DNA of 64,000 nucleotides from an uncultured delta proteobacterium (GTDB taxonomy: Bacteria; Myxococcota_A; Polyangia; Polyangiales; Houyiibacteriaceae), in NCBI GenBank assembly GCA_963845195.1, contig CAWJRH010000004.1, positions 742,104-806,103 on the forward strand, given 5' to 3'. This document shows, piece after piece, positions 1 to 8,094 of the stretch (the first letter of the stretch is position 1; each line of letters opens with the position of its first letter). The notes beneath the pieces were generated by a model that was not told the origin of the DNA, did no database searches, and saw only the letters and a program-made list of their open reading frames with translations. The position numbers and the translations under genes were made by a program.

Positions 1-1
1 G

Positions 2-751
2 CGGCCGCAGGTCGAATCGGTGACTGCAGCAACGTTCGAAGGGCCTCATCCCGCTGGACTGCCGGGCACGCACATTCACTTTCTCGACCCGGTGGGAGAG
101 CACAAGACGGTGTGGCACCTGAACTACCAGGACGTCATTGCGATCGGCGCGTTTATGACGACGGGGCGTATCTCCACCGAGCGAGTCGTCGCCCTTGGCG
201 GGCCGATGGTGAAGCGTCCACGTCTCGTTCGCACCCGCATCGGAGCAAGCACCGAGGACTTGCTCGACTCGGAGCTCGAGCCGGGGGAGTGCCGCGTCAT
301 CTCGGGCTCCGTGCTGTCGGGACGACGGGCAGCAGGGTACGCGCGCTACCTTGGGCCCTTCGACCTCCAAATTACCGTGCTTCGCGAAGACCGCGAACGT
401 CAGTTCCTCAGTTGGCTCTCTCCGGGGTTCGACAAGTACTCGGCGATTCATGCGTTCACTTCGAGTCTCCGCGGTCGCGCACACGAGTATCCGCTCACCA
501 CGTCGCAGCACGGCAGTCCGCGCGCGATGGTGCCAATCGGCAACTTCGAGAAAGTGATGCCGCTCGACGTGCTGCCTGCACCCCTGCTCAAGGCGCTCAT
601 CGTGGGCGATTCCGATACGGCGCGCGCGCTTGGTTGCCTCGAGCTCGATGAGGAAGACCTCGCGCTCTGCTCCTTCGTCTGTTGCAGTAAATACGAGTAC
701 GGCGCGTTCCTCAGGGAGACCCTCGACAGTATCGCGGAGGAGCAAGCATGA
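2..751 (+). CDS. nqrA: Na+-translocating NADH:quinone reductase subunit A, C-terminal part (5' truncated by window edge)
   Basis: The frame is open from base 2. The product resembles the C-terminal half of NqrA. Its stop overlaps the nqrB start (ATGA), and it is followed by nqrB-F in canonical order. Confidence 0.9.
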   Translation, partial: RPQVESVTAATFEGPHPAGLPGTHIHFLDPVGEHKTVWHLNYQDVIAIGAFMTTGRISTERVVALGGPMVKRPRLVRTRIGASTEDLLDSELEPGECRVISGSVLSGRRAAGYARYLGPFDLQITVLREDRERQFLSWLSPGFDKYSAIHAFTSSLRGRAHEYPLTTSQHGSPRAMVPIGNFEKVMPLDVLPAPLLKALIVGDSDTARALGCLELDEEDLALCSFVCCSKYEYGAFLRETLDSIAEEQA

Positions 752-1962
752 AGCCGCTGCGCAGGCTGCTCGACCGGGCCGAGCCCTTCTTCGCCAAAGG
801 TGGGCGGCTGGAGAACTTCCAGGCGGTCTACGAGATGCTCGACACCCTTTTCTATTCGCCTCCCGACGTCTCGAGGCACGCGCCGCACACGCGGGACGCG
901 ATCGACCTGAAGCGGGTCATGGGGCTGGTCGTCCTAGGCGTCCTGCCGTGCACGCTCGTCGGCATGTGGAACACCGGTTACGAAGCGAACCTCGTGATTC
1001 AAGACCTCGGGCTAGGCGGTGTTGAAGGATGGAGAGGCGCTCTGATGAGTGCCCTCGGGGTGTCGGCCGATCCTACGAGCGTCGCCGCCGATCTCTTCCA
1101 CGGACTGCTGTATTTCCTTCCGATCTATGCAGTGACCCTCGCCGCAGGCGGCTTCTGGGAGGTGCTATTCGCGGCCATCAGAAATCACGAGGTGAACGAA
1201 GGGTTTTTCGTCACCTCGATTCTGTACGCGCTCATTCTTCCCGCGACGACGCCCCTCTGGCAGGTCGCTCTCGGAATCTCTTTTGGCGTGGTCATTGGCA
1301 AGGAGGTGTTCGGCGGAACCGGGAAGAACTTCATCAACCCGGCGCTTGCGGGAAGGGCGTTCCTCTACTTTGCGTACCCGGCAAGCCAGTCCGGCGAGTC
1401 GGTGTTCGTGCCCCCGGTGGACGTCGTGACGGGTGCCACCCCGCTCGCGATCGGTGCCGAGGCCGGCGTACCCGGCATCCTGCAGACGGGAGTCAGCTGG
1501 ACGAGCGCATTCCTCGGCTCGATTCAGGGCTCTCTCGGCGAGACCTCTACGCTGGCCTGCCTGCTCGGAGGTGTGTTCCTGATGGTCAGCGGAGTCGCCT
1601 CGTGGCGGATCATCGTCGGGGTCTTCGTCGGGATGGTGGCGACGGCTCTGATGTTCAACGCGGTCGGGTCGGACACCAATCCCATGTTTGCAATGCCCTG
1701 GTACTGGCATCTCGTCCTCGGGGGTTTCGCGTTCGGCATGGTGTTCATGGCGACCGATCCGGTAAGTGCGTGCGTGACCAACCCGGGGCGATGGATATTC
1801 GGGGTGCTGATTGGTGCGCTGACGGTCGTTATTCGCGTCGTCAACATCGCCTTCCCCGAGGGGATTATGCTCGCGATCCTGTTCATGAACATCTTCGCGC
1901 CGACGATCGACTACTTCGTCATGCAAGCGAACATTCGCAGAAGGGTGCGCCGCAGTGCCTGA
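748..1962 (+). CDS. nqrB: Na+-NQR subunit B
   Basis: 404 aa polytopic membrane protein with an NqrB/RnfD-like sequence. ATGA overlap with nqrA, and correct operon position. Confidence 0.95.
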   Translation: MKPLRRLLDRAEPFFAKGGRLENFQAVYEMLDTLFYSPPDVSRHAPHTRDAIDLKRVMGLVVLGVLPCTLVGMWNTGYEANLVIQDLGLGGVEGWRGALMSALGVSADPTSVAADLFHGLLYFLPIYAVTLAAGGFWEVLFAAIRNHEVNEGFFVTSILYALILPATTPLWQVALGISFGVVIGKEVFGGTGKNFINPALAGRAFLYFAYPASQSGESVFVPPVDVVTGATPLAIGAEAGVPGILQTGVSWTSAFLGSIQGSLGETSTLACLLGGVFLMVSGVASWRIIVGVFVGMVATALMFNAVGSDTNPMFAMPWYWHLVLGGFAFGMVFMATDPVSACVTNPGRWIFGVLIGALTVVIRVVNIAFPEGIMLAILFMNIFAPTIDYFVMQANIRRRVRRSA

Positions 1963-2746
1963 CTCCGTCTCAAACAAGCAGGAGACTGTTTCGCGGACCC
2001 TGCTCGTGGCCCTGATGGTCAGCCTGGTCTGCTCCGCAGTCGTTGCGTCGGCGGCAGTTGCGCTACGGCCGCTCCAACTTGAAAACCAGCGCCAAGACGT
2101 CCGCAGAAACATCCTGAGAGTTGCCGGTTTGCTCGAAGAAGGAGGCGAGCTCGACGAGGCGTTCGAGCGCATCGAGCCTCGCGTCGTCGACTTCGAGACG
2201 GGCCAGTACACCGATGCGGTCGATCCGGAGACCTTCGATGCCCTCGCGGCCGCGCGCGACCCCCAGCTGAGTGTCGCGGTGCCCCCTGGGATCGACCAGG
2301 CACGTGTGGGCCGTCGGGCGAAGCTGGGTCTCGTGTATTTGGTGCGCGACGGAGACGCGATCGATCGCATCATACTTCCGGTATCGGGCTACGGCCTCTG
2401 GTCGACGATGTACGGGTTCATCGCGCTCGAGCCCGACGGCAACACGGTAGCCGACGTCGTTTTCTACGAGCACGGAGAAACCCCAGGGCTCGGCGATCAA
2501 ATCGCCAACCGCGACTGGAACGCGCGTTGGGAGGAGAAGCGCATTTACGACCCAAGCGGCGCCGTGAAGTTCGAGGTGATCAAAGGACCGGTGTCCGCCA
2601 ACGACCCGCAGGCTGAGTACAAGGTCGACGGGATATCGGGCGCCACGCTGACGGGGGACGGTGTGACCCGGCTCGTCGGGTACTGGCTTGGCGAACACGG
2701 CTATGGCCCGTACTTGAAAACACTCAATCTCGGGGAGGGAACATGA
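1955..2746 (+). CDS. nqrC: Na+-NQR subunit C (covalent FMN)
   Basis: GTG start with one N-terminal TM helix. It has an FMN-attachment type motif ([12 protein letters not shown]) and overlaps nqrB by 8 nt. Confidence 0.93.
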   Translation: MPDSVSNKQETVSRTLLVALMVSLVCSAVVASAAVALRPLQLENQRQDVRRNILRVAGLLEEGGELDEAFERIEPRVVDFETGQYTDAVDPETFDALAAARDPQLSVAVPPGIDQARVGRRAKLGLVYLVRDGDAIDRIILPVSGYGLWSTMYGFIALEPDGNTVADVVFYEHGETPGLGDQIANRDWNARWEEKRIYDPSGAVKFEVIKGPVSANDPQAEYKVDGISGATLTGDGVTRLVGYWLGEHGYGPYLKTLNLGEGT

Positions 2747-3405
2747 GATCCGAGGCCAAGCGCGCGCTCTTCGAACCGGTGGTCGACAACAACCCGGTGA
2801 CTCTCCACGTGTTGGGCATCTGCTCGGCGCTGGCCGTCACGACGTCGCTCCTCCCATCGCTCTACATGGCGATGGCGCTGACCGCCGTGGCGGCGCTGTC
2901 GAACGTTGCCGTCAGCGCAATTCGCAAAGTGCTGCCCAACAGCATTCGCATCATCGTGCAGATGACGATCATCGCGTCGCTCGTCATTCTCGTCGATCAG
3001 CTCTTGAAGGCCTACGCGTTCGAGATGAGTCGGGAGCTGTCGGTGTTCGTCGGCTTGATCATCACCAACTGCATCATCTTGGGCCGTACGGAGAGCTTCG
3101 CGTCCAGCAATCCCGTGGGGCTGAGCTTTCTCGACGGGCTCGGGAACGGGCTTGGCTACAGCCTGATTCTGATTCTTGTGGCGAGTACCCGCGAGCTGCT
3201 CGGCTCGGGGACGCTACTCGGGTACGAGATTCTGCCAACGGTCGCCAACGGTGGCTGGTACGAGCCCAACGGCTTGATGCTCCTGCCTCCGAGCGCGTTC
3301 TTCGTCATCGGGTTTCTGATTTGGGGCATTCGGTCTTGGAAGGTCGAGCAGGTCGAGAAGCCCGAATACCGCATCCACGAGGTGCATCGAACGGAGGCGC
3401 TCTGA
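2743..3405 (+). CDS. nqrD: Na+-NQR subunit D
   Basis: 220 aa hydrophobic NqrD/RnfE-like protein with an ATGA overlap with nqrC. Confidence 0.95.
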   Translation: MRSEAKRALFEPVVDNNPVTLHVLGICSALAVTTSLLPSLYMAMALTAVAALSNVAVSAIRKVLPNSIRIIVQMTIIASLVILVDQLLKAYAFEMSRELSVFVGLIITNCIILGRTESFASSNPVGLSFLDGLGNGLGYSLILILVASTRELLGSGTLLGYEILPTVANGGWYEPNGLMLLPPSAFFVIGFLIWGIRSWKVEQVEKPEYRIHEVHRTEAL

Positions 3406-4013
3406 TGGGTCACTACGTCGAGCTCTTCATCGCGTCGGTGTTCGTGGAAAACCTCGCGCTCGCCTTCTTTCTCGGGATGTGCACGTTCCTCGCGGTCTCG
3501 AAGCAGGTCAAGACGGCCCTCGGGCTCGGCGCCGCCGTCATCGTCGTGCAGCTCATCACCGTACCGACCAACACGTTTCTCTATCACTTCGTGCTGCGCG
3601 AGGGCGCGCTCGGATGGGCGGGTCTTCCCGAGATGGACTTGAGTTTCCTCGGGCTCGTTACGTATATCGGGATCATCGCTGCAATGGTTCAGCTCCTAGA
3701 GATGGTCCTCGAGCGATTCTTCCCGACCTTGTTTCATGCGCTCGGGATCTACCTTCCCCTCATCACCGTCAACTGCGCGATTCTCGGTGGAACGCTGTTC
3801 TCGGTGCAGCGTGACTACACGATGTCCGAGAGCGTGGTGTACGGGATCGGGAGCGGCGTCGGGTGGGCGCTTGCCCTTGTGGGGCTCGCGGGGATTCGTG
3901 AGAAGCTCAAGTACAGCGACGTGCCCGCCGGGCTTCAGGGGCTCGGGATTGCGTTCATCATCGTCGGGCTGATGTCGCTCGGCTTCATGGCTTTCGCGGG
4001 CATCCAGCTTTAG
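3405..4013 (+). CDS. nqrE: Na+-NQR subunit E
   Basis: The ORF track gives 3321..4013. The ATG at 3405 overlaps the nqrD stop (TGATG) and gives the typical NqrE N-terminus [26 protein letters not shown]. Confidence 0.93.
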   Translation: MGHYVELFIASVFVENLALAFFLGMCTFLAVSKQVKTALGLGAAVIVVQLITVPTNTFLYHFVLREGALGWAGLPEMDLSFLGLVTYIGIIAAMVQLLEMVLERFFPTLFHALGIYLPLITVNCAILGGTLFSVQRDYTMSESVVYGIGSGVGWALALVGLAGIREKLKYSDVPAGLQGLGIAFIIVGLMSLGFMAFAGIQL

Positions 4014-4023
4014 GGCACTGAAG

Positions 4024-5247
4024 ATGCAGGAAATCGTCGCAGCAGTTTCTGTGTTCACGGCCATCATCATGGCGCTTTCGGTGCTGATCCTCGTCGCGCG
4101 CGCCCGCCTCGTCGGAAGCGGCGAGGTGGAGCTCGTCGTCAACGAAGACCGCACGTACCACGTGCCGTCGGGTCGCAAGCTCCTCGGCGCCTTGGCCGAC
4201 GTCGGGGTCTTGCTGCCCGGTGCCTGCGGTGGCCAAGGGACCTGCGGCCAGTGCCGGGTGCAGGTCTTGGCCGGTGGAGGGCCACTGTTGCCCACCGAGA
4301 CGGGGACGATCAGCCGTCGGGAGGCGGCGGACCACATGCGCCTTGGTTGCCAGGTATCGGTGCGCGAAAACCTTCGCATACGGATTCCCGAGGAGCTCTT
4401 CGGGGTGGAGAAGTGGCTTTGCACGGTGCGGTCCACACGGTCTGTGAGCACGTTCATCAAGGAGATCGTGCTCGAACTGCCTGCTGGCGAAGAAGTGCCC
4501 TTCAAAGCCGGCGGCTACGTGCAGGTTGACTGCCCCGTCTACGACGCCCGCTTCGAAGACTTCGCGATCGACGACGAGTATCGCCCCGAGTGGGACCGTC
4601 GCAATCTGTGGCCGCTCGTCGCAGAAGCGACCGAGCCCACCACGCGCGCGTACTCGATGGCCAACTACCCAGACGAAAAGGGCGTCATCATTCTCGTCAT
4701 CGGCATCGCAACGCCTCCTCCGGGCATGCAGGGCCGTGTGCCGCCAGGCGTCGTCTCATCGTACTTGTTTCAACTGGCGCCGGGCGATGCAGTCACCATC
4801 GCCGGCCCCTACGGAGACTTCTTCGCAAGGGACACTGAGCGCGAGATGGTCTTCATTGGTGGTGGCACTGGCATGGCGCCGATGCGCTCCCACATCTTCG
4901 ATCAGCTGAAGAGATTGCGAAGCCATCGCCGGATTTCGTTTTGGTTCGGTGTGCGCACCAAGCGTGACCTGTTCTACGAGGATGAGTTCGAAGCGCTTGC
5001 CGCCGAGCACGACAACTTCACCTACACCGCGGCACTCTCGGAACCCGCCGAGGGCGACAACTGGGACGGGCCGGTCGGGTTCATTCACCAGGTCGCGTTT
5101 GACCGTTACCTGAAGGACCACCCCGCGCCCGAGGACTGCGAATACTACATGTGCGGGCCGCCGTTGATGATCGCGGCGGTGACCGAGATGCTTCGAGACC
5201 TCGGCGTCTCCGAGGACAACATCATGTTCGACGATTTCGGAGGTTGA
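4024..5247 (+). CDS. nqrF: Na+-NQR subunit F (2Fe-2S ferredoxin plus FAD/NADH domain)
   Basis: N-terminal TM helix. Plant-type ferredoxin Cys cluster (CGGQGTCGQC...C), RAYSMAN flavin motif and GGGTGMAP NAD(H) motif. Confidence 0.95.
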   Translation: MQEIVAAVSVFTAIIMALSVLILVARARLVGSGEVELVVNEDRTYHVPSGRKLLGALADVGVLLPGACGGQGTCGQCRVQVLAGGGPLLPTETGTISRREAADHMRLGCQVSVRENLRIRIPEELFGVEKWLCTVRSTRSVSTFIKEIVLELPAGEEVPFKAGGYVQVDCPVYDARFEDFAIDDEYRPEWDRRNLWPLVAEATEPTTRAYSMANYPDEKGVIILVIGIATPPPGMQGRVPPGVVSSYLFQLAPGDAVTIAGPYGDFFARDTEREMVFIGGGTGMAPMRSHIFDQLKRLRSHRRISFWFGVRTKRDLFYEDEFEALAAEHDNFTYTAALSEPAEGDNWDGPVGFIHQVAFDRYLKDHPAPEDCEYYMCGPPLMIAAVTEMLRDLGVSEDNIMFDDFGG

Positions 5248-5252
5248 AGGCC

Positions 5253-5441
5253 ATGATGGTATTCGTCGTCAGTTTTGCGGTGTTTTGCCTGGCTTTCACG
5301 GGTCTTGCACTCGGTCGCCTCGCGGGCCGCGAGGGAATTCGTGGGAGCTGCGGGGGGCTCAATCAAAGTGGTGGCTGCGGCACCTGCGGACGAGGTAGCG
5401 ACGAATCCGCGAAGCCATGTCCACGGCGGAGTCACGCATGA
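5253..5441 (+). CDS. nqrM: NqrM-like (Na+-NQR maturation) small membrane protein
   Basis: 62 aa protein read inside track ORF 5151..5441 from the ATG at 5253, 6 nt after the nqrF stop. It has one TM helix followed by RGSCGGL...GCGTCG, resembling the GSCGG/Cys-rich NqrM family found directly after nqrF. Confidence 0.7.
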   Translation: MMVFVVSFAVFCLAFTGLALGRLAGREGIRGSCGGLNQSGGCGTCGRGSDESAKPCPRRSHA

Positions 5442-5842
5442 AGGGGCGCGGCAAACTCCGGGTTCGTGATGTCATGGTCCCGAAGCCGGTGGTGTTTACC
5501 CCCGAGACCGATCTGCTCGATGCGGCAAACGTGATGGTGGAGCGCAAGATCTCCGGCGCCCCGGTCGTCGATTCTAAAGGCACTCTCATCGGCGTGCTGA
5601 CCGAACGGGACTTCCTGCGCGCGGCGCTCATCGCGGAGTATCACGATGAGCGGGGCGGCTGCGTTCGCGACTACATGAGCCCAGACGTCCAGGCTGTGAG
5701 CGCCGAAGACACCTTGCTCGACGTGGCGACCCGATTCGTCGAGGGCAAGCATCGGCGTTTCCCCGTCGTCGAAGCAAATCGCGTCGTTGGGCTCGTCACG
5801 CGAAGAGACGTGTTGCGCGCAGTGCTTCGGTCGCGCCCCTAG
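5438..5842 (+). CDS. CBS-pair domain protein
   Basis: Two CBS repeats (VRDVMVPKPV.., ISGAPVVD.., VRDYMSPDV.., HRRFPVVE..). The ATG at 5438 overlaps the nqrM stop (ATGA). The alternative ATG at 5417 would overlap nqrM by 25 nt. Confidence 0.8.
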   Translation: MKGRGKLRVRDVMVPKPVVFTPETDLLDAANVMVERKISGAPVVDSKGTLIGVLTERDFLRAALIAEYHDERGGCVRDYMSPDVQAVSAEDTLLDVATRFVEGKHRRFPVVEANRVVGLVTRRDVLRAVLRSRP

Positions 5843-5851
5843 GGCAGTTCC

Positions 5852-6319
5852 TCAGCGTCCGTAGGAACCGCCGAGATGGTCGTACGGGTCCTCGCCCTCA
5901 CCGAGAGCCTTTTCGTAGCGCACCTTGTCGACGACCCGCTCGAGGCCCTCCACGATGTATGCGAGGAAGTCACGGCTCGACAGGATACCGACAGGCTTTC
6001 CGTCGCGGGTCACCGGAAGGTGGCGGACCCCTTTGGAAAGCTGTATCTCGGCGCACTGTCTGACGTGGGTGTCGATGTCGACGGCGACGACATCGGCGGT
6101 GGCGACGTCGGAGACGAGCGTGTTCGAAGCATCCTTGCCCGCAGCAACCACGCGGTCGACGATGTCGCGCTCCGAGAGAATCCCTCGAATCGTGTCGTTC
6201 TCGACGACGAGAACCGCTCCAACGTGATTCTTCGACATGCGCTGAGCGGCCGCCGCGACTGTTTCGCCGGGGCTCACCGTCACCAAGTCTGTCTTCATCA
6301 ACGAGCCAATGATTGCCAT
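5852..6319 (-). CDS. CBS-pair domain protein
   Basis: Track ORF 5852..6661 trimmed to the ATG at 6319 (MAIIGSLMKTDLVTV), which is preceded by AAGGAG. Two CBS repeats, and the upstream extension has no domain-like sequence. Confidence 0.8.
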   Translation of the reverse strand: MAIIGSLMKTDLVTVSPGETVAAAAQRMSKNHVGAVLVVENDTIRGILSERDIVDRVVAAGKDASNTLVSDVATADVVAVDIDTHVRQCAEIQLSKGVRHLPVTRDGKPVGILSSRDFLAYIVEGLERVVDKVRYEKALGEGEDPYDHLGGSYGR

Positions 6320-6547
6320 CGCGCCTGCTCCTTTTCGTCGACGCAGCCTACAGCAGGTGCCCTCGAAATGAAATCGAACTCGGTGCGCAAGAAGTGCATC
6401 GCTTGCGCGGCGGTTCGAACGATTTGCGTCGCCTCGGGCCGAGGAATCGGCCACGCTTGCAGCGTCGAGAGACTCTACGGGTCGCTTGGGAATCTCTACC
6501 GGTTCTGGCCGTGCCCTACGAAAAACAACGTGATAAGGGAGTCCACG

Positions 6548-6937
6548 ATGGACAAGAACGCACCGATTGCTGATTTCATGACTCCGCTTCCTCATACCGT
6601 CGGCAGCGAACAGACGATTACGTTCGCGCAGAAAATGATGCAGAAGCACGGGATTCGCCATCTACCCGTGCTTCACGGGGGCGAACTCTACGGCATCGTC
6701 AGCGATCGCGACCTCGGGATGATTGCGGGCCTCAACGAGGTCAACCCCGACAACACGACTGTGGAAGAAGCAATGACGCAGGAAGCGTATACGGTCAGCC
6801 AGAGCGAACTGCTGATCGACGTCCTCAAGCACATGCTCGAGCACAAGTACGGGTCTGCGGTGGTGGTTGATGGCACGCAGATCGTGGGGATTTACACCAC
6901 CCACGACGCGCTCAAGCTCCTCGTCGAGACCGCCTGA
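6548..6937 (+). CDS. CBS-pair domain protein
   Basis: Track ORF 5876..6937 trimmed to the ATG at 6548 (MDKNAPIADFMTPLPHTV), preceded by AAGGGAG. Two CBS repeats. Confidence 0.8.
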   Translation: MDKNAPIADFMTPLPHTVGSEQTITFAQKMMQKHGIRHLPVLHGGELYGIVSDRDLGMIAGLNEVNPDNTTVEEAMTQEAYTVSQSELLIDVLKHMLEHKYGSAVVVDGTQIVGIYTTHDALKLLVETA

Positions 6938-6958
6938 GTTGGTCCGGCGCCATTTGAT

Positions 6959-6977
6959 TCGCGCGGACACCGCGCGA
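6959..6977. terminator. Perfect 8-bp stem / 3-nt loop hairpin between convergent genes (possible bidirectional terminator)
   Basis: TCGCGCGG-ACA-CCGCGCGA lies between the stops at 6937 (+) and 6982 (-). Flanking U-tracts are weak, so function is uncertain. Confidence 0.35.
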
Positions 6978-6981
6978 GACG

Positions 6982-8004
6982 TTAGGGCTCGGAGCTCGGG
7001 ATCCCCGTACCGGTCTCTTCAATGATTTCGGTCAGCGTCGGAGGAAGGTCCGTCATGATGCCATCGACGCCCATCTCGATGAGTTGCCGCATCTCCTCCG
7101 GGTCGTTGATCGTCCAGACGTGCACCTTCAGCCCGAGCTCGTGCGCGGTCGGGATGAAGCGGTCGTGCAGCACGTCGAGCTCTCCTCGGCGTGGCGGCAC
7201 CTGGAGGAATTCGGCCGGAGGAACGTACTCGGGGTCGATCCCGTTTTCGTTCAGCGATAGCGCGTAGAACTCGACCACTTCCGTCTCTCCGAAGCTGGTC
7301 TTCATTTCAGGCGCAGCGGCGCGCAGCTCGGTCAATACGTTCACATCGAAGGCCGCGCCGTTTAGCTGCGACACGACATCGTAGTCTCGCACGATGGCCA
7401 CGAAGTCATCGACGATTGAAGGCTCGCCCTGCTTGATCTCGATGACGAAAGGCACGCCCGGAAACTCGTCGAGAACTTCGACGAGAGTGGGGACGACCAG
7501 ACCCGTTCCTCGGTATGGATAGGTCTCTCCGCCATCGGGCGTGAAGTCGTAGCCCGCATCGTAGGTGCGCAGCTCGTCGAAGGTCATCTCCTTGATCGCG
7601 CCTTCACCATCGGTCGTACGATTGATGGTGTCGTCGTGCATGACCACGATCACTCCGTCGCTCGTCGCATGCAGGTCGAGTTCGAGGATATCGGAGCCGT
7701 CGATGAGGGCCTGCTCGTATGCAAGAAGCGTATGCTCCGGTCGAATTCGACGACCCCCTCGGTGTGCAATGTTCAAGACCGCGCCGTCACAGTTCAGAAT
7801 CTCGGAGGGTGTGGTGCATGTGATCGGTACACCGCCCATACCGCCGCTACCGGCGACCGCGCCGGAGCCGCCTGCGCCGCCCGTTCCGGCAGCGCCGCCC
7901 GTGCCCCCTGCGCCGCCCGAGCCGAGTTCGCCATTGTCGGTGCTGCAGCCGGCGCCCACTGCGACTGCCAATACGATACCGATGATACTCAAGGTCTTAG
8001 TCAT
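6982..8004 (-). CDS. Glycerophosphodiester phosphodiesterase (GDPD) family lipoprotein
   Basis: Track ORF trimmed to the ATG at 8004. Lipobox signal (LAVAVGAGC), Gly-rich linker, then GDPD motifs (IAHRGG..RPEHT, ELDLHATSDGVIVVMHD). Confidence 0.85.
   Translation of the reverse strand: MTKTLSIIGIVLAVAVGAGCSTDNGELGSGGAGGTGGAAGTGGAGGSGAVAGSGGMGGVPITCTTPSEILNCDGAVLNIAHRGGRRIRPEHTLLAYEQALIDGSDILELDLHATSDGVIVVMHDDTINRTTDGEGAIKEMTFDELRTYDAGYDFTPDGGETYPYRGTGLVVPTLVEVLDEFPGVPFVIEIKQGEPSIVDDFVAIVRDYDVVSQLNGAAFDVNVLTELRAAAPEMKTSFGETEVVEFYALSLNENGIDPEYVPPAEFLQVPPRRGELDVLHDRFIPTAHELGLKVHVWTINDPEEMRQLIEMGVDGIMTDLPPTLTEIIEETGTGIPSSEP
7831..7932 (-). repeat. Low-complexity GC-rich tract encoding a Gly-rich linker (GSGGAGGTGGAAGTGGAGGSGAVAGSGGMGG)
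   Basis: Reiterated GGN/GCN codons inside the GDPD gene. The opposite strand reads as a proline/alanine-rich shadow ORF. Confidence 0.6.
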
Positions 8005-8094
8005 GCAAGTTGCTCCGCCGGCGTCATAGCAGCCGGTTGCCCCAGGGGCTTGCGGAGCTTGTGAAACGCAGCGCCGACTGTCATTCTGCACGCC

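Noticed and set aside
1165-2373. 402-aa ORF on the minus strand, antisense to nqrB/nqrC.
   Set aside because: This is a shadow ORF typical of GC-rich DNA. Its Arg/Ser/Pro/Gly-rich translation has no domain-like motifs, while the sense strand encodes unmistakable NqrB/NqrC.
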